A DNA stretch of 64,000 bases, taken from Amoeboaphelidium protococcarum X5 (taxonomy: Eukaryota > Fungi > Aphelidiomycota). The notes under the pieces were generated by a model. It made no database searches. It saw only the letters and a list, made by a program, of their open reading frames with translations, and was not told the DNA's origin. The DNA lies in NCBI GenBank assembly GCA_023515725.1, contig JALDTO010000213.1, forward strand, positions 380,280 to 444,279. Direction: 5' to 3'. Shown piece after piece: positions 1 to 12,491 of this stretch; position 1 is the stretch's first letter; each line of letters opens with the position of its first letter. A program made the translations under genes and the position numbers.

Positions 1-2
1 CA

Positions 3-257
3 GCGTTCCCCTTCAATGTGATGAATAATCCAATGTACAATGGTTCAACTTTGGTCTTTCTAGGCACCGCTCTCTGGTATTAGAAAGTGACTGGCATTTG
101 GTTATCAGTGTTTGTGTTCTTTTTGTACAAAGTTGCTCTATCCTATGAAGAGCCATTCACTGCAATGATTTACGCGTAGAGAGATGGTGGTAAATCGAAC
201 AAGAGTTACTCTAATGGTACCAGACAGTCGCCGCTTTAGAACAAGAAAACGAAATGA
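3..257 (+). CDS. OPI3: Phospholipid N-methyltransferase (PEMT/Opi3), 3' end; runs off the window start
   Basis: Translates as AFPFNVMNNPMYNGSTLVFLG...ALSYEEPFTAMIY, the PEMT C-terminal motifs. Three in-frame TAG read as Gln; ends at TGA 255-257. Confidence 0.9.
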
Positions 258-316
258 TTTATTATTGACATTAATAAATATGGCTCAATGTATTATTAAC
301 ATTCTTCTTAATTCAG

Positions 317-723
317 TCAGTCAGTCATTGCGAATAATGATAATGTGTAATCACATTGTTCCATGTCCATCTTGAACGTCCATCTGTGATTAAACGGATT
401 TGGTGAAGCGACAGTGAACGAACTCCTCTGAACAGCATTCAAACACCAGTCCAGCTCAGAATCTCTATTGGCAAAAAATCTACGCGGAGACTCTTACAAC
501 CATACATACTTACAAGCGGGAAACACATCATTAATCAGCACATTGTACTCTTGTGGGCATTATTCACGGAATTCTGTCAAAATGCTTTTCCTCTCCGCGT
601 CCACCAATTCATATGCTTCAAATGACCACGGAGACTTTAACACCAAGTACGCATCTACATTGCAATATATTTATTAGTCAAATCATCGCTCAAGATATAG
701 TGTATACTGTAGAATCCATACAT
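317..723 (-). CDS. Hypothetical protein, about 117 aa, one intron (655-707)
   Basis: ATG at 723, a GTATAC...ATGTAG intron, then a TGA-free frame to TGA at 317. No family recognised. Confidence 0.45.
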
Positions 724-1033
724 TTGCTTGAATTTACAAGGCTAATCAGTGCCACAATTATCAATAGTAATAGCTACATCTGTTGCATTTTAATAACCAT
801 TGGTACGGAGTTTATTGTTATCTTCGCTGCAAATGGTAAGCGACGCGCGCGACTGGGCGAAAGTTAAAATGTTCGATCTGCAGCCACTCACTCCGCGCTT
901 TTGTCTCCGGTTGAAGTTTGGAGGTGAAAGACCTGCGGATCAATTGCATATTCACTCCATAGCTTTTCAATACTTGAATTGATAATTTCTCTTTAGTAAA
1001 ATAAAGCTAGCTTCTGCACTTGGTATTAGCGAC

Positions 1034-2578
1034 ATGGTGGATAAGTAGTAGACTCCCTCTCCGTCATCTTCTTAATCCTAGAACTATCCGTGGAGTAAGC
1101 CTCAGACAGTGTTCATTGTGGCAAAGCTGAGTGATCCGTCGCTGGTGGACAAGGTGCGTAATGTCGCTGAAATTTTATGTTGCCGTTTTGATTGTATTGT
1201 ATATATTGAAGATGTTCTATATGAGCAGATGCACTCACCGCCGCTGTTGCCTGAATGCAAAGATAAATGGTCATAGAACGTGAAGGCTTGGAATGCCCAC
1301 TAATTGAGAAAGTAAACTTGCCCGCCCAATATTCCACATATTCCTTCTACTGTTATACCATCAAGTCCTGATCATGATAATAATAACAATCAGGATTCTA
1401 TTCCAAATGGCTAATTATAACAACTCAGCGATAGCGATCAAGATCCATGGTAGTAGGAATAGATACAGTAAAAGTACTACTGCAAACATGATATATCGCT
1501 GACTTAGAGTCGGTGTCCGCATGAGATTATAGATCTGATTATTACACTCGGCGGTGATGGAACTGTTCTATATGCATCGTGGCTATTCCAAGATCAAGTA
1601 CCGCCAATTCTGCCATTCCATCTGGGTTCTCTAGGATTCCTGACTGTATTCTAATACTCTGAACTGGAGTGTATACTGGACTGGGTCATGCGTGAACAGC
1701 CTGAACGTGGCTCTATTGGCATATCTTATCGCATGCGATTAACGTGTGAAGTTTATCGTTAAAAGACTGTGCGAACACCTGGTCTTACACGACATGTCAC
1801 TTTAGCTAATCCGCTGGAGAAGTTTGGGTGTCCTGTGAAATAATAATAATCCAGCTCTGATTACTTGCGGTCTTAGGAACAGAATACTTAGGATCAGTCG
1901 CAATGTTGTATACCTCCTATTCCGGATGAATCGTTTTAGATACTGAATGACATTGTAGTTGATCGAGGTCCTTCAGCCTATATATCCACGCTGGAACTGT
2001 TCAGTCAATCACTTGCATCTCAAGATACGGCTCCAATCCATCTAACAACTGTTAAAGCTGATGGTATTGTTATAGCAACTCCGACGGGATCCACCGCGTA
2101 CTCTCTATCCGCTGGTGGTTCTATATGTCATCCGTCTGTGGCTGCATTGCTGGTTACTCCTATATGTCCACATACTCTGAGCTTTCGCCCGGTGATCCTA
2201 CCCGATAATGAGAGCGTCATTGTGGTTGTACCAGAGTACAAGTCTCACTCTTCATCCTGCTCCGCTTGGGTCAGCTTTGATGGTAGACACCGGGTACGAC
2301 TCAGTCAGGGTGATGTGGTTCGCGTATTTGCTTCTAATTAATAGAAACAATAACAAAATCGTTCTCTTCCGATCATCATAAAGGAGGTGAATGTATCAGC
2401 CGACTGGTTTGGTAGTTTAGCGCGGTGCCTGCGATGGAATGAACGTGGAGATTAGACTAAGCGCTTCATCTGGGGACTCGGAGTAGTTCATGATCAAGAC
2501 TCTGCCGATAATAATTCAGACAATGAAGATCTCAATGGCCGACTTGGAAGATCTCAAAGTATCAACAAAGATAATTGA
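1034..2578 (+). CDS. ATP-NAD/NADH kinase (Utr1/Yef1-like), 514 aa
   Basis: [62 protein letters not shown] and [12 protein letters not shown] motifs. One continuous frame with TAR=Gln. Confidence 0.93.
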
Positions 2579-2753
2579 ATTTTTAGCAATCCTTGAAATG
2601 AATATAAATTTGTTAATATACTGAAAGTTACTTTAAAAACTTCATTTAGTGATTGTTCTTACACGTTAACGAGCCTAACGATCTTGGTGAATTTCAACGC
2701 TGAAATTTTACCATCGATTGTCTTATTCAACGCAATCTAAAGCCATTAAAGAA

Positions 2754-4421
2754 ATGTTGACTAAAGGCGCGCAATATCAAGGGGATAAAATAGATTATTT
2801 AAAGCTAATACTCACATCTAAAGTGTATGACGTTGCTCAGGAGACTCCACTGTAATATGCGCATAGCTTGTCTTAAAGATTTGGACATGACATTCTGCTG
2901 AAGCGAGAAGATCTACAGTCTGTGTTCTCATTCAAAATCCGTGGCGCTTATAATAAAATGAAGCACCTGTCACCGCTGGAGCAGGCTAATGGCGTCGTAT
3001 GCTGCAGTGCTGGTAATCACGCTCAAGGTGTGGCGCTCTCTGCTAAAACTCTCTAGATACACTCTACTATTGTCATGCCCGTGAATACACCTTCGATCAA
3101 AGTGAACAATGTGAAACGTATTGGTGGTGAATTCATTCAAGTTATCCTGCATGGCGAAGATTTTAATGAAGCATAGTAGGAGTGTGCGCGAATAGCGAAG
3201 GAGTAATTGAAGGTGCTTGTTCATCCATTCGATGATCCATTTGTAATCGCTGGTCAAGGCACTGTGGGCGTTGAAATTATGAAGCAGGCGCAGTAGATTG
3301 ACGCGTAATGTCAAGTGTTGAGTAAGAGATCTCATGATTTAGAAGATGTCGATGCTATATTCGTTTGCGTTGGAGGCGGAGGGCTTATAGCTGGTATCAC
3401 CGCCTATGTAAAGAGAATTCATCCTTAAGTAAAAGTTTACGGCGTAGAAGCTATTGACGCGTGCTCTCTGCATAAATCACTTGAATTAGGGACACCTACT
3501 GAATTGAATAGTGTTGGATTATTCGCTGATGGTGCTGCAGTTAAAAAGGTTGGATCTGAAACATTTCGCGTATGCTAAGGTTCTGATCAAGTGCCCGGTA
3601 TAGATGGAGTCATCTTGGTGACGAATGATGAGATTTGTGCTGCTATCAAAGACGTGTTTATCGATACCAGAACCGTATTGGAACCTGCTGGTGCTCTCAG
3701 TGTGGCTGGAATGAAAAAGTATTTGCTAAATCTGTAATCTGTACAGTAACCAATGACTAGTAGACCATTACGACTGGTGGGAGTTTGCAGCGGTGCCAAC
3801 ATGGACTTTGATCGATTGCGGTTTGTGGCTGAGCGTGCAAGTCTGGGAGAGCGTAAAGAGGCGATGCTTTTGGTCACTATTGATGAGAGGCCCGGTGCTT
3901 TCATCAAGCTGTATAACGAGCTCTATCCGCGAAGTGTCACTGAGTTTAGCTATCGCAAAAGTAACTCATCCAATGCTCATATTATACTCTCGTTTCAATT
4001 GTCGTAATAAGGATAAGAGAACGACGAAGACTTGATCATAGAACACTTGAGATGTTAGAATATGCGCGCAATTGATATCAGTCATGACGAGGTTGCGAAA
4101 ACTCACCTGCGCTATATGGTGGGCGGAAGCTGTCCAAATGAAGATGCCAGATTATAGGAACGTTTAGTATAATTCCAATTTCCAGAGAAGAATGGAGCTC
4201 TGGGGAAATTTCTGTAATGTCTCAACACTGATTGGAATGTATCCTTATTCCATTATCGAAATTATGGTGGCGACATTGGCAAAGTTCTAGTGGGCATTCA
4301 AGTGCCAGTCGCGCAAGACGATGGAAGCATAGATCTGAAATTTAAGGAGTTTCTCTATAAAGTTGGCTATCCTTATGTAGAAGTTACAAATAATGATATC
4401 TACAAAACATTACTTAAATGA
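2754..4421 (+). CDS. ILV1: Threonine dehydratase (biosynthetic, with C-terminal regulatory domains), 555 aa
   Basis: [18 protein letters not shown] (PLP lysine), [41 protein letters not shown] and [16 protein letters not shown](TAA) corresponds to the conserved TPLQ. Confidence 0.96.
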
Positions 4422-4433
4422 ATTTACATGCGA

Positions 4434-4790
4434 TCACTATTTTTTAACATTGAATCGAATCTTGATCTTCTTTTACTACTCGCTATCATCTTACTAACTA
4501 AGCTCTTCTGATCTGGACTGGTCTTGGATTTTCGCATTAAAGACCGATTTATCAAAAGACACTGAATCTTCACTGAAGTCGCACAATTTAGTCGCCAGTG
4601 CAGAAGGATCATCTTTACTCCAATCGAACTCTGGAAAATCTAGACTGGCCAGTTCAACTAAAGAATACGACACATTTTTATCAAACTGACCGTCTAGATC
4701 TTTAATTAAAATCCCGATACTAGGATCATTTGCAAACTTTTAAAGCTACGAGTCTTCCTTGATCAGGAGTTGTATTTATGATGGATTCAT
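4434..4790 (-). CDS. Hypothetical acidic protein, about 118 aa
   Basis: ATG 4790 to TGA 4434 with no internal TGA (MNPSQIQLLIKEDSQ...KKIKIRFNVKKQ). Convergent with ILV1; the stops are 12 bp apart. Confidence 0.45.
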
Positions 4791-4888
4791 TATTAAACTC
4801 GTTCCTTATTTCTAACACTTTTATAAATTGAGGTTTTGATTTAAACTTATCTATCAAGCACTCGGAGCGTTGACGAAAAAAGAAAGTC

Positions 4889-5331
4889 ATGTCCAATAAT
4901 AGAGACGTTAAGCAGTTGTTGAATTCAAACGTTGATAAAGACGGACTGGTAATAATAACAAAGCTCTGTGGTAAATTGTATTGAATATAATGATTAGCTA
5001 ATAGTACGTGTAGTGTGTCAAGATTATTCGAAAACAACAGCCGGTAACTCAATCTAAAAAGTCGCTATTTTCGTAATGCACTACTACAATTACATAGGCT
5101 GGAGGAGGAGATCTACGGCCATTCTAAATTGACTAATCACAATACAAGGACGTTTAAGGCAATTAAAGACGCGTCGAAGAGTCATTTAATCCGCTCAAAG
5201 ATTTCAGTACTACGCCAGATTTATCTAAAATGAGTGCTAATGATGTTGACAAAGCGGTGAAGGAGATTCATGCCACTCTGTCTCCGTAATCTATCGAGTA
5301 TTTGTAAAGTCGAAAACGCGATTAGCAATGA
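4889..5331 (+). CDS. Small protein with an RPAP1 N-terminal-like motif, one intron (4949-5013)
   Basis: C-terminus LSKMSANDVDKAVKEIHATLSPQSIEYLQSRK resembles the RPAP1_N helix pattern (MS.EEI...EL...L.P..I..L..R). Intron GTAATA...GTGTAG keeps the frame. Confidence 0.5.
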
Positions 5332-5418
5332 AAATTGTTGATACTAAATCTTTAATCTTTATAATTTTAATTCACCTTAACGTCATTAAATTCATCAAAC
5401 CAAGTGTTAAAAGAGTGT

Positions 5419-7716
5419 TCATAGCATGAGCAATGCACAGCTAACCACCGCCATGACCAGAGATGCTGATACAGTTCCAGCACTGCTAGCCTCCAAAGAC
5501 TTACTTGAAGAAGTGTCGATGCTTGATCCGAGCTCACTCACCGCCACAGGGGATGGTGTCTTATATGCAGCTGCATTCTTGGTGGAGGTTGTGTTAGCAG
5601 AAGTGGTTGCATTAGGAGCCTTGGCTTCACTGCCCTTGATTGGTACAGGAGTGTATTTGGTGGTATCAACTTCATCGCAGTATGGAATGTCCTATTTCTG
5701 GGATGGAGCGGATGGCTGACCGTAACCAGGAGTTGCAGGGGAAGCTGCAGGCTTAGGAGCTGGAACTGGAGCGCTGGTAGCTGGAGCAGGTTGTGGACTT
5801 GCAGTCGGTGGACAAGGAGTATTGGAACTTGGTGCATTAGATGGAGCAGGCACTGGATGAGGGGCAGGCACAGCAGGAGCTGGCTATGGTGCAGCAGGTG
5901 CAGGCTTTGGAGCAGGCTATGGAGCTGCTGTTGGTGGACATGGGACAGCCGGGCTTGGCACGTTGTAAGCAGGAGCCGGCTGTGGAGCAGCTGGAGCAGG
6001 CTTTGGAGCAGGAGATGGAGTTGCGGTTGGAGGGCAAGGAGTAGTTGAGGAAGGTGCCTTATATGCAGGAGCAGGTTATGGAGCAGCAGGTGCAGGCTTT
6101 GGAGCAGGAGATGGAGTTGCAGTAGGAGGGCAAGGAGTAGTTGTAGATGGTGTCTTATATGCAGGAGCAGGTTGTGGAGCAGGCTATGGAGTAGCAGGAG
6201 CAGGTTGTGGAGCCGGCTGAGGTGAAGCAGGCTTTGGAGCTGGAGATGGTGTCGGAGTTGGAGGACAAGGAGTGGTTGAGGATGGACCATGAGCAGGCGC
6301 AGGCACAGGATGAGGAGAAGAAGGCTTATTATAAGCTGGAGCGGAAGGTTGTCCAGCAGGTGGTGACTGATAAGCAGGACTTGGCTTCACCTAGGATGGA
6401 GTTGGAGAAGGAGTCTAGTAGGCAGGAGCTGGGCCAGGAGCAGGGGATTTGTACGCTGGAGCATTCGCTTAATTGTCACTGCCAGTTGATGGAGAGGCAG
6501 ATGCAGCCTTGTAGACCTGCGCAGGGACGGGCTGATTGTGAACAGCCTTTGCAGGTACATTGACTTCAGTAGATGGCGGATTGGTAGCAGGAGGAGCAGG
6601 AGCTGCAACAGTGTTATTGATCTTATATACCACCTAGAGAGAGTCAATAGCCTCACCAGCCTTGATGCGGAAGCCAACAATGATTTTCTACTTGGCATCC
6701 TTGCGGTCATCATCGAGAGATGGCCAAGTGTCGGCAGTATGGTCGAAGATGGTACTATCACTCTACAGATAGTGACCAATAGCATTGACGGACTGTATAG
6801 CAGTTAGGACATCACCAGCATAGAACTGAACCTTGTTAAAACCCAACGGAGCGGTCATAATTCTTCTCTGAGGAGAGTCTTATTGCGGAGAGACATCAGC
6901 CATAGGAAGAGCTCTCAAAGGGTCGCAACTACCAAAACACTGAGACATGTAACCGTCAGAACATTTGATCTCCAAGCTTTCGATACGGTTACCAATGTTG
7001 GAGATAACATCAGTTACATAGCCATTGTTCGGGCAAATGAAAGGATTCGAGTTGTCAGCGAATTAGCCACCAGTACCTTTTCCATACACGTGAGTACCAT
7101 CGATTGCAGGACCATCAGCCAGCTTAAATGGTGGCTAAGGCATCTTTAAACCGTGAAACTACTCAGTCTTGTTTTCGCGATACATTATCTGCATCATGTT
7201 GACATCCAGACCACTCTTGATCTTGAATCCAGTGATGATCTTCTATGTACCACCATTAGCTTGCTAATCTTCAACAGATGGCCAGGTCACCTCTGGATTG
7301 CTATTTCTATCGGCAGCCACGAGCTGAGTAGCAGAATTGACAGACTGAATAGTTTCCACCAGGTTGGTGTACTGAAACACCATGGAGTTGAAGCCCTTCT
7401 CGCTGTACATGGTCATCATCAGCGGAGTGTCCTTGTTTGGCTTGGCATCACCCTGAGCAAATTTCCAGTCGTTTGCCTAGCATGAGCCATAGCAAGGAGA
7501 CGCTGTGCCGTCAGAGCAGAAGACGCGAATGTTCTTGATTCTGTCAGCTACAGTAGCGTTTAAACGCGTCACATACGCATCGCCAGGACACTAGAAAGGA
7601 TTACTAGTGGCAGAGAATTCACCCCAAGAGGAGCCATAAGTTTGAGTGCTTTCAGCAGCAAAACTGAACGAGGCCAGGAATGCTCCAATCAATGATATTT
7701 GAGTTGCGACTTTCAT
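5419..7716 (-). CDS. Secreted, probably GPI-anchored surface protein: signal peptide, two tandem jacalin-like (beta-prism) domains, Pro/Ala/Thr-rich stalk; 765 aa
   Basis: Signal MKVATQISLIGAFLASFSFA. Two homologous units: NPFQCPGDAYVTRLNATVADRIKNIRVFCSDG...KIITGFKIKSGLDVNMMQIMY and NPFICPNNGYVTDVISNIGNRIESLEIKCSDG...KIIVGFRIKAGEAIDSLQVVY. C-terminus SSAGTVSASLVMAVVSCALLML then TGA. Confidence 0.8.
5720..6460 (-). repeat. Coding tandem repeats of the Pro-rich stalk (unit TTPCPPTATPSPAPKPAPAAPQPAPAYK..)
   Basis: Near-identical blocks such as ggctttggagcaggagatggagttgc...ggagggcaaggagtagttg recur at about 5999 and 6095, with a variant at about 6230. Confidence 0.85.
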
Positions 7717-8223
7717 ATTAATGGAAGGCTTTTCTATAAGTCTATAGTTGTTGAAAGATTAGCACAAGATATAATGCTTCTTTTCAAAATTAATTGATTA
7801 AAGAAGAAGAAGGAAGCTATCAGATGCAAACTAATAAATTCACTCTTGTTCATATGATTGCAAACTCGAGGTACTACGTGGGCAATCGACGTTACCACCG
7901 GCCCAATCAAACGCTGCCACGCAAAACAACGAGATATGATTGCACGAGGATTGCTTGTTAGCCAATGAAATTTATTACACGCACTGCCTCACGTTTGCAC
8001 GATGTACCTGCTGGATGACTTATGCGAGGAACTGTGTTGCAGTTGACGAAAAATGCAGCTTGTGCGATCAATGTCGCTAGATGCTATCGACATCAAGTGA
8101 ATTTTCTCAAGGGATCGTCATCATATCGATTGTACAATAATAGACCCATTCAGACAGCAGTATATTTATCCAAATACAGATATCAGAATAAGAATCTTGA
8201 TCTACAATTCCAAAAATAGAGAT

Positions 8224-8296
8224 TGCTCCAACTCAGAATTGAACTAAGGACCTCCTCATTACTAGTGAGGCGCAACTACCGCTGTGCTATTGGAGA
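8224..8296 (-). tRNA. tRNA-Thr(AGT), with genomic T1:C72 mismatch
   Basis: Reverse complement TCTCCAA TA GCACAGCGGTAGTTGCG CCTCA CTAGTAA TGAGG AGGTC CTTAG TTCAATT CTGAG TTGGAGC A, followed by a TTTTT Pol III terminator. Confidence 0.88.
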
Positions 8297-9029
8297 CCGA
8301 ATTATCTCAAAAATTGGGGTTTTTGACAGACTATATACATAATAGGGACAGACGGGAAGCTATATACAAAGACTGAGAGTCGGGCAGAGACACCAACAGA
8401 AGTACAGGAAGATAAAATATGTTAATAAGATAAACACTCTATTAACACGTTAAGTGGATGAAATCAATGTTCATAAAAGGCGCGCATATATACAGCAGGT
8501 ACTTGCCGAAATGTCAATGATGACAAAGGCGCGCACTTAAACAATGTTGATCATCTAAGCCCCACAGAGTCATCTGTTGATAATTGATCGACGCGTGTGC
8601 TAACAACGCTAAGAAATTTTCAGGCAAATCATATACGCAATTAGAATAAACGAGAAGATGTACGAGACTTTAAACAGAGACAACAACAGAAGCACAAAGA
8701 AATATGTTTAGGGAATCTGGGATATCACCATTCAAGATAATACTGCAACGCAGGCAGTCAACTCTATCCCCACCTTTTAATAAGTCCTAAATGTTTAACC
8801 TTAATAATTGAGCCCCTTGATCTAACGACTTAAGTTCAGCACAAAACATTAAAAACGATCAGTGATCTCTTTTTGGTTATTGGGGAAAAAAGTATTTGGC
8901 CCGATCGGGCTCGCTTATTCGGCCCAATAAAACAATAGCGATGCGGCCCTTTTATTCAGCACTAATTATTATATACTGTAGTGACATATGAAAAATTAAT
9001 CTTCATCTTTTGTCAATATGAATCTAAGG

Positions 9030-9300
9030 TCGGGTAGATAGTATAATCACTTATGATCCTTTAGGAGATGGTAATTGCTTGTCTAGAATGATATTATACA
9101 GCATGTATGGTACTGAGAAGAAGTGGAAGGAGGTGAAGAACTTGTCATTGAAAAAAGTCAAAGAGAACAAGAGTGTCTATTGTGACATTAGGTATGAACA
9201 CTCGTAGGGGGAATATCTAGAACTAGTGCGTAGTCTTGCAACTGATGGTGTTTATTTTGTGAACTCGTTCGTTTTACTTACCGTATCCTACATTGTTAAG
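9030..9300 (+). pseudogene. OTU-like cysteine protease (deubiquitinase) domain fragment
   Basis: YDPLGDGNCLSRMILYSMYGTEKKWKEVK matches the OTU GDGNC.FR....YG....W..VR motif. The His-box half is not found and no clean start is evident. Confidence 0.65.
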
Positions 9301-9361
9301 AATATCGACAACGAGCACTTTATTCAATATGTGATGATGATCAGACATATGAGGAAATTTT

Positions 9362-9595
9362 GGTGAAGATGTGGCCTGGGCCTTTGCGCATTACTCTTAT
9401 TTTTGGTTTGAGAAGGAGAAGTACCAGTAAATGATTGTCGATATTCAAGGCTTTAAGTGTCATTTTACAGATCTATAAGTATGCACTGTGAATGGTACCG
9501 ATTGCAGTATTGGCAATATGGGTTTGCCAGCTATTGTGAAGTTCTTCGTCATGCATTAATGCAATAAGATTTGTAAAGCTTTGCACTTGGATCTC
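9362..9595 (+). pseudogene. Alpha-kinase (eEF2K/MHCK family) C-terminal lobe fragment
   Basis: AWAFAHYSY...MIVDIQG.....TDL(TAA=Q)V......GNMG..AIVKFFVMH(TAA=Q)CNKICKAL, the alpha-kinase motifs including the Zn-binding H.CN..C. A TGA lies just upstream in this frame. Confidence 0.8.
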
Positions 9596-9916
9596 TATGA
9601 TATTTCACCTATTGTCATGGAAAAGATTGTGGAGAATTCTCTCTTGATGGATAAATTTGAGTTTACTGAGTTTGGATCTCCAGTATAGGTCGCTTCTAAT
9701 TCTCCCAAAAAGTAGAAGACATCATTGAACTCGGATGTCTCCAGAACATCTGTGTCTGAATAGGTAGAAGTTAATAATCTAGCGACGCAAGATTTGCAGA
9801 TCGTAAAGGAGGAGTCATATCTTAGATTGGTGGATCCGACTGTTAAAGACATTCGTCCGTCTAGTAGAAGACCAAATACGCGTGCCAAAAATGATGTCTA
9901 GAAGAAATCGCTGATG

Positions 9917-10084
9917 GACTGGGTCGAAGTTTTTGCTCCTGTTATCAAATTTGTCACTATTCGGATTATGTTGGTCTTAGCAGTGCTGTTCTGTTGGAAA
10001 ATCAGTCAGTTTGATGTAAAGACGGCGTTTCTTAATTCCAAGCTGAGAAAGCCTGTTGACTGCACAACTTTAACAGAGGATTGA
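9917..10084 (+). mobile_element. Ty1/copia reverse transcriptase fragment
   Basis: DWVEVFAPVIKFVTIRIMLVLAVLFCWKISQFDVKTAFLNSKL matches copia RT (FAPV...TIR....QMDVKTAFLNG.L). Truncated on both sides. Confidence 0.85.
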
Positions 10085-11138
10085 ATGTTTTGGAGTTCGT
10101 ATGGAGTAAGGAATTTGAGTAAAGTCAAGATAACAATTGCAATGAGAAGATTTTAATAATTCCAAGAGAGATAGTCCGTCCCGTGCTGAGAACCCGAATG
10201 CGTATTGGCGTCAGCGTCAAGCGTCTACCGACTCTGATGCAGACGATGATCAAGAATCGCGTCTAAGTAAAGTCACTGATTTCTACCGCGAAACAATGGC
10301 AAAAGATGATTACATATCTACTTTAATCCCACATCTAACATGGTCGCGTCGTGATAACCTGGATTTCGATGTCGAAGATTAATCAACACAGGCCATGGAC
10401 TATATGTTAGCTGCCGCCCAATGAAGATGCAACAGAGACATATATGCTGATAACTGGCGTCGTAGACAAAATTGAACCCCAAATGGTTCCTCCAAACAGC
10501 CTGGAAAGTAACGCTTACCGGCACGGATGTGCTGTTCCCTGATAACACTCTTCCTGGTTGGCTTGAATCTCTAGCAGCGCTTCATTCAATACGCGAGCCG
10601 TTTCCGTTGAATCCAGCCAGCTCCTCCCGTCCTTTGTACTCCTTACCTCTGGACTCAGATTTCCCCGTATTTTAGCCGAGTACAAAAGACTCAACTCCTG
10701 CCAATGTTTCAAACTGTTGGAAGTGATGTCCAGAACGTCTTCCGCTGAATCGAAAGGGGAAAGTTTTTGATACTTGAATGATAGACATCAGCCACTCGGC
10801 CTTTACAATTGATATTTCTTTGTTTTACTTCATTGATATACAGTATATCTACAAATATAATAAAAATAAGAAACGTCAGCTTATCATACTGCTGTTGATA
10901 TATATTCGTGTGAAGTGCTTTAAGCAGCATTCATCTGTATTATTAAAATATTATGATAATAGTAGTGAGGAGTAATATACTTACTGCAGTACTGTAACTT
11001 TATAAAAAAATTTCCTTAACGCATTCTACTGTTCAAACGCTCACATCGCACCTATTTTCAATAAACTTCATGATTTTGAATCTTCTACAGTGTCCAAGTC
11101 ACTACAAAAGTACGCGCGCTTTTCGATAAACCACGGAG

Positions 11139-12279
<1,141 letters not shown>

Positions 12280-12491
12280 ATCGCTCCAAATATGAATGTC
12301 GATGGCAGCAATGATGAGACGTTATAGCGATTTTTAAAGACACGATCTTTAAAGCTTTTCGGCGAGCGAATCAGAGCCTTCGGATTTCTCTCTTCCTTGG
12401 ATGTTATCAACGTTATTAAATATCGCTAAAACAAGCAATTAACCATCAGTATTCAAATCTTTGACGTATTGCTATTGTACAACGAATAATA

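Noticed and set aside
5720-6460. Repeat array as a possible CRISPR or satellite
   Set aside because: The repeats are codon-phased with no unique spacers, lie inside a CDS, and the context is eukaryotic.
5426-6807. Leu/His/Gln-rich, Trp/Ser-rich and Glu/Gln-rich ORFs in the supplied track
   Set aside because: These are alternative-frame or antisense shadows of the Pro-rich repeat gene at 5419-7716.
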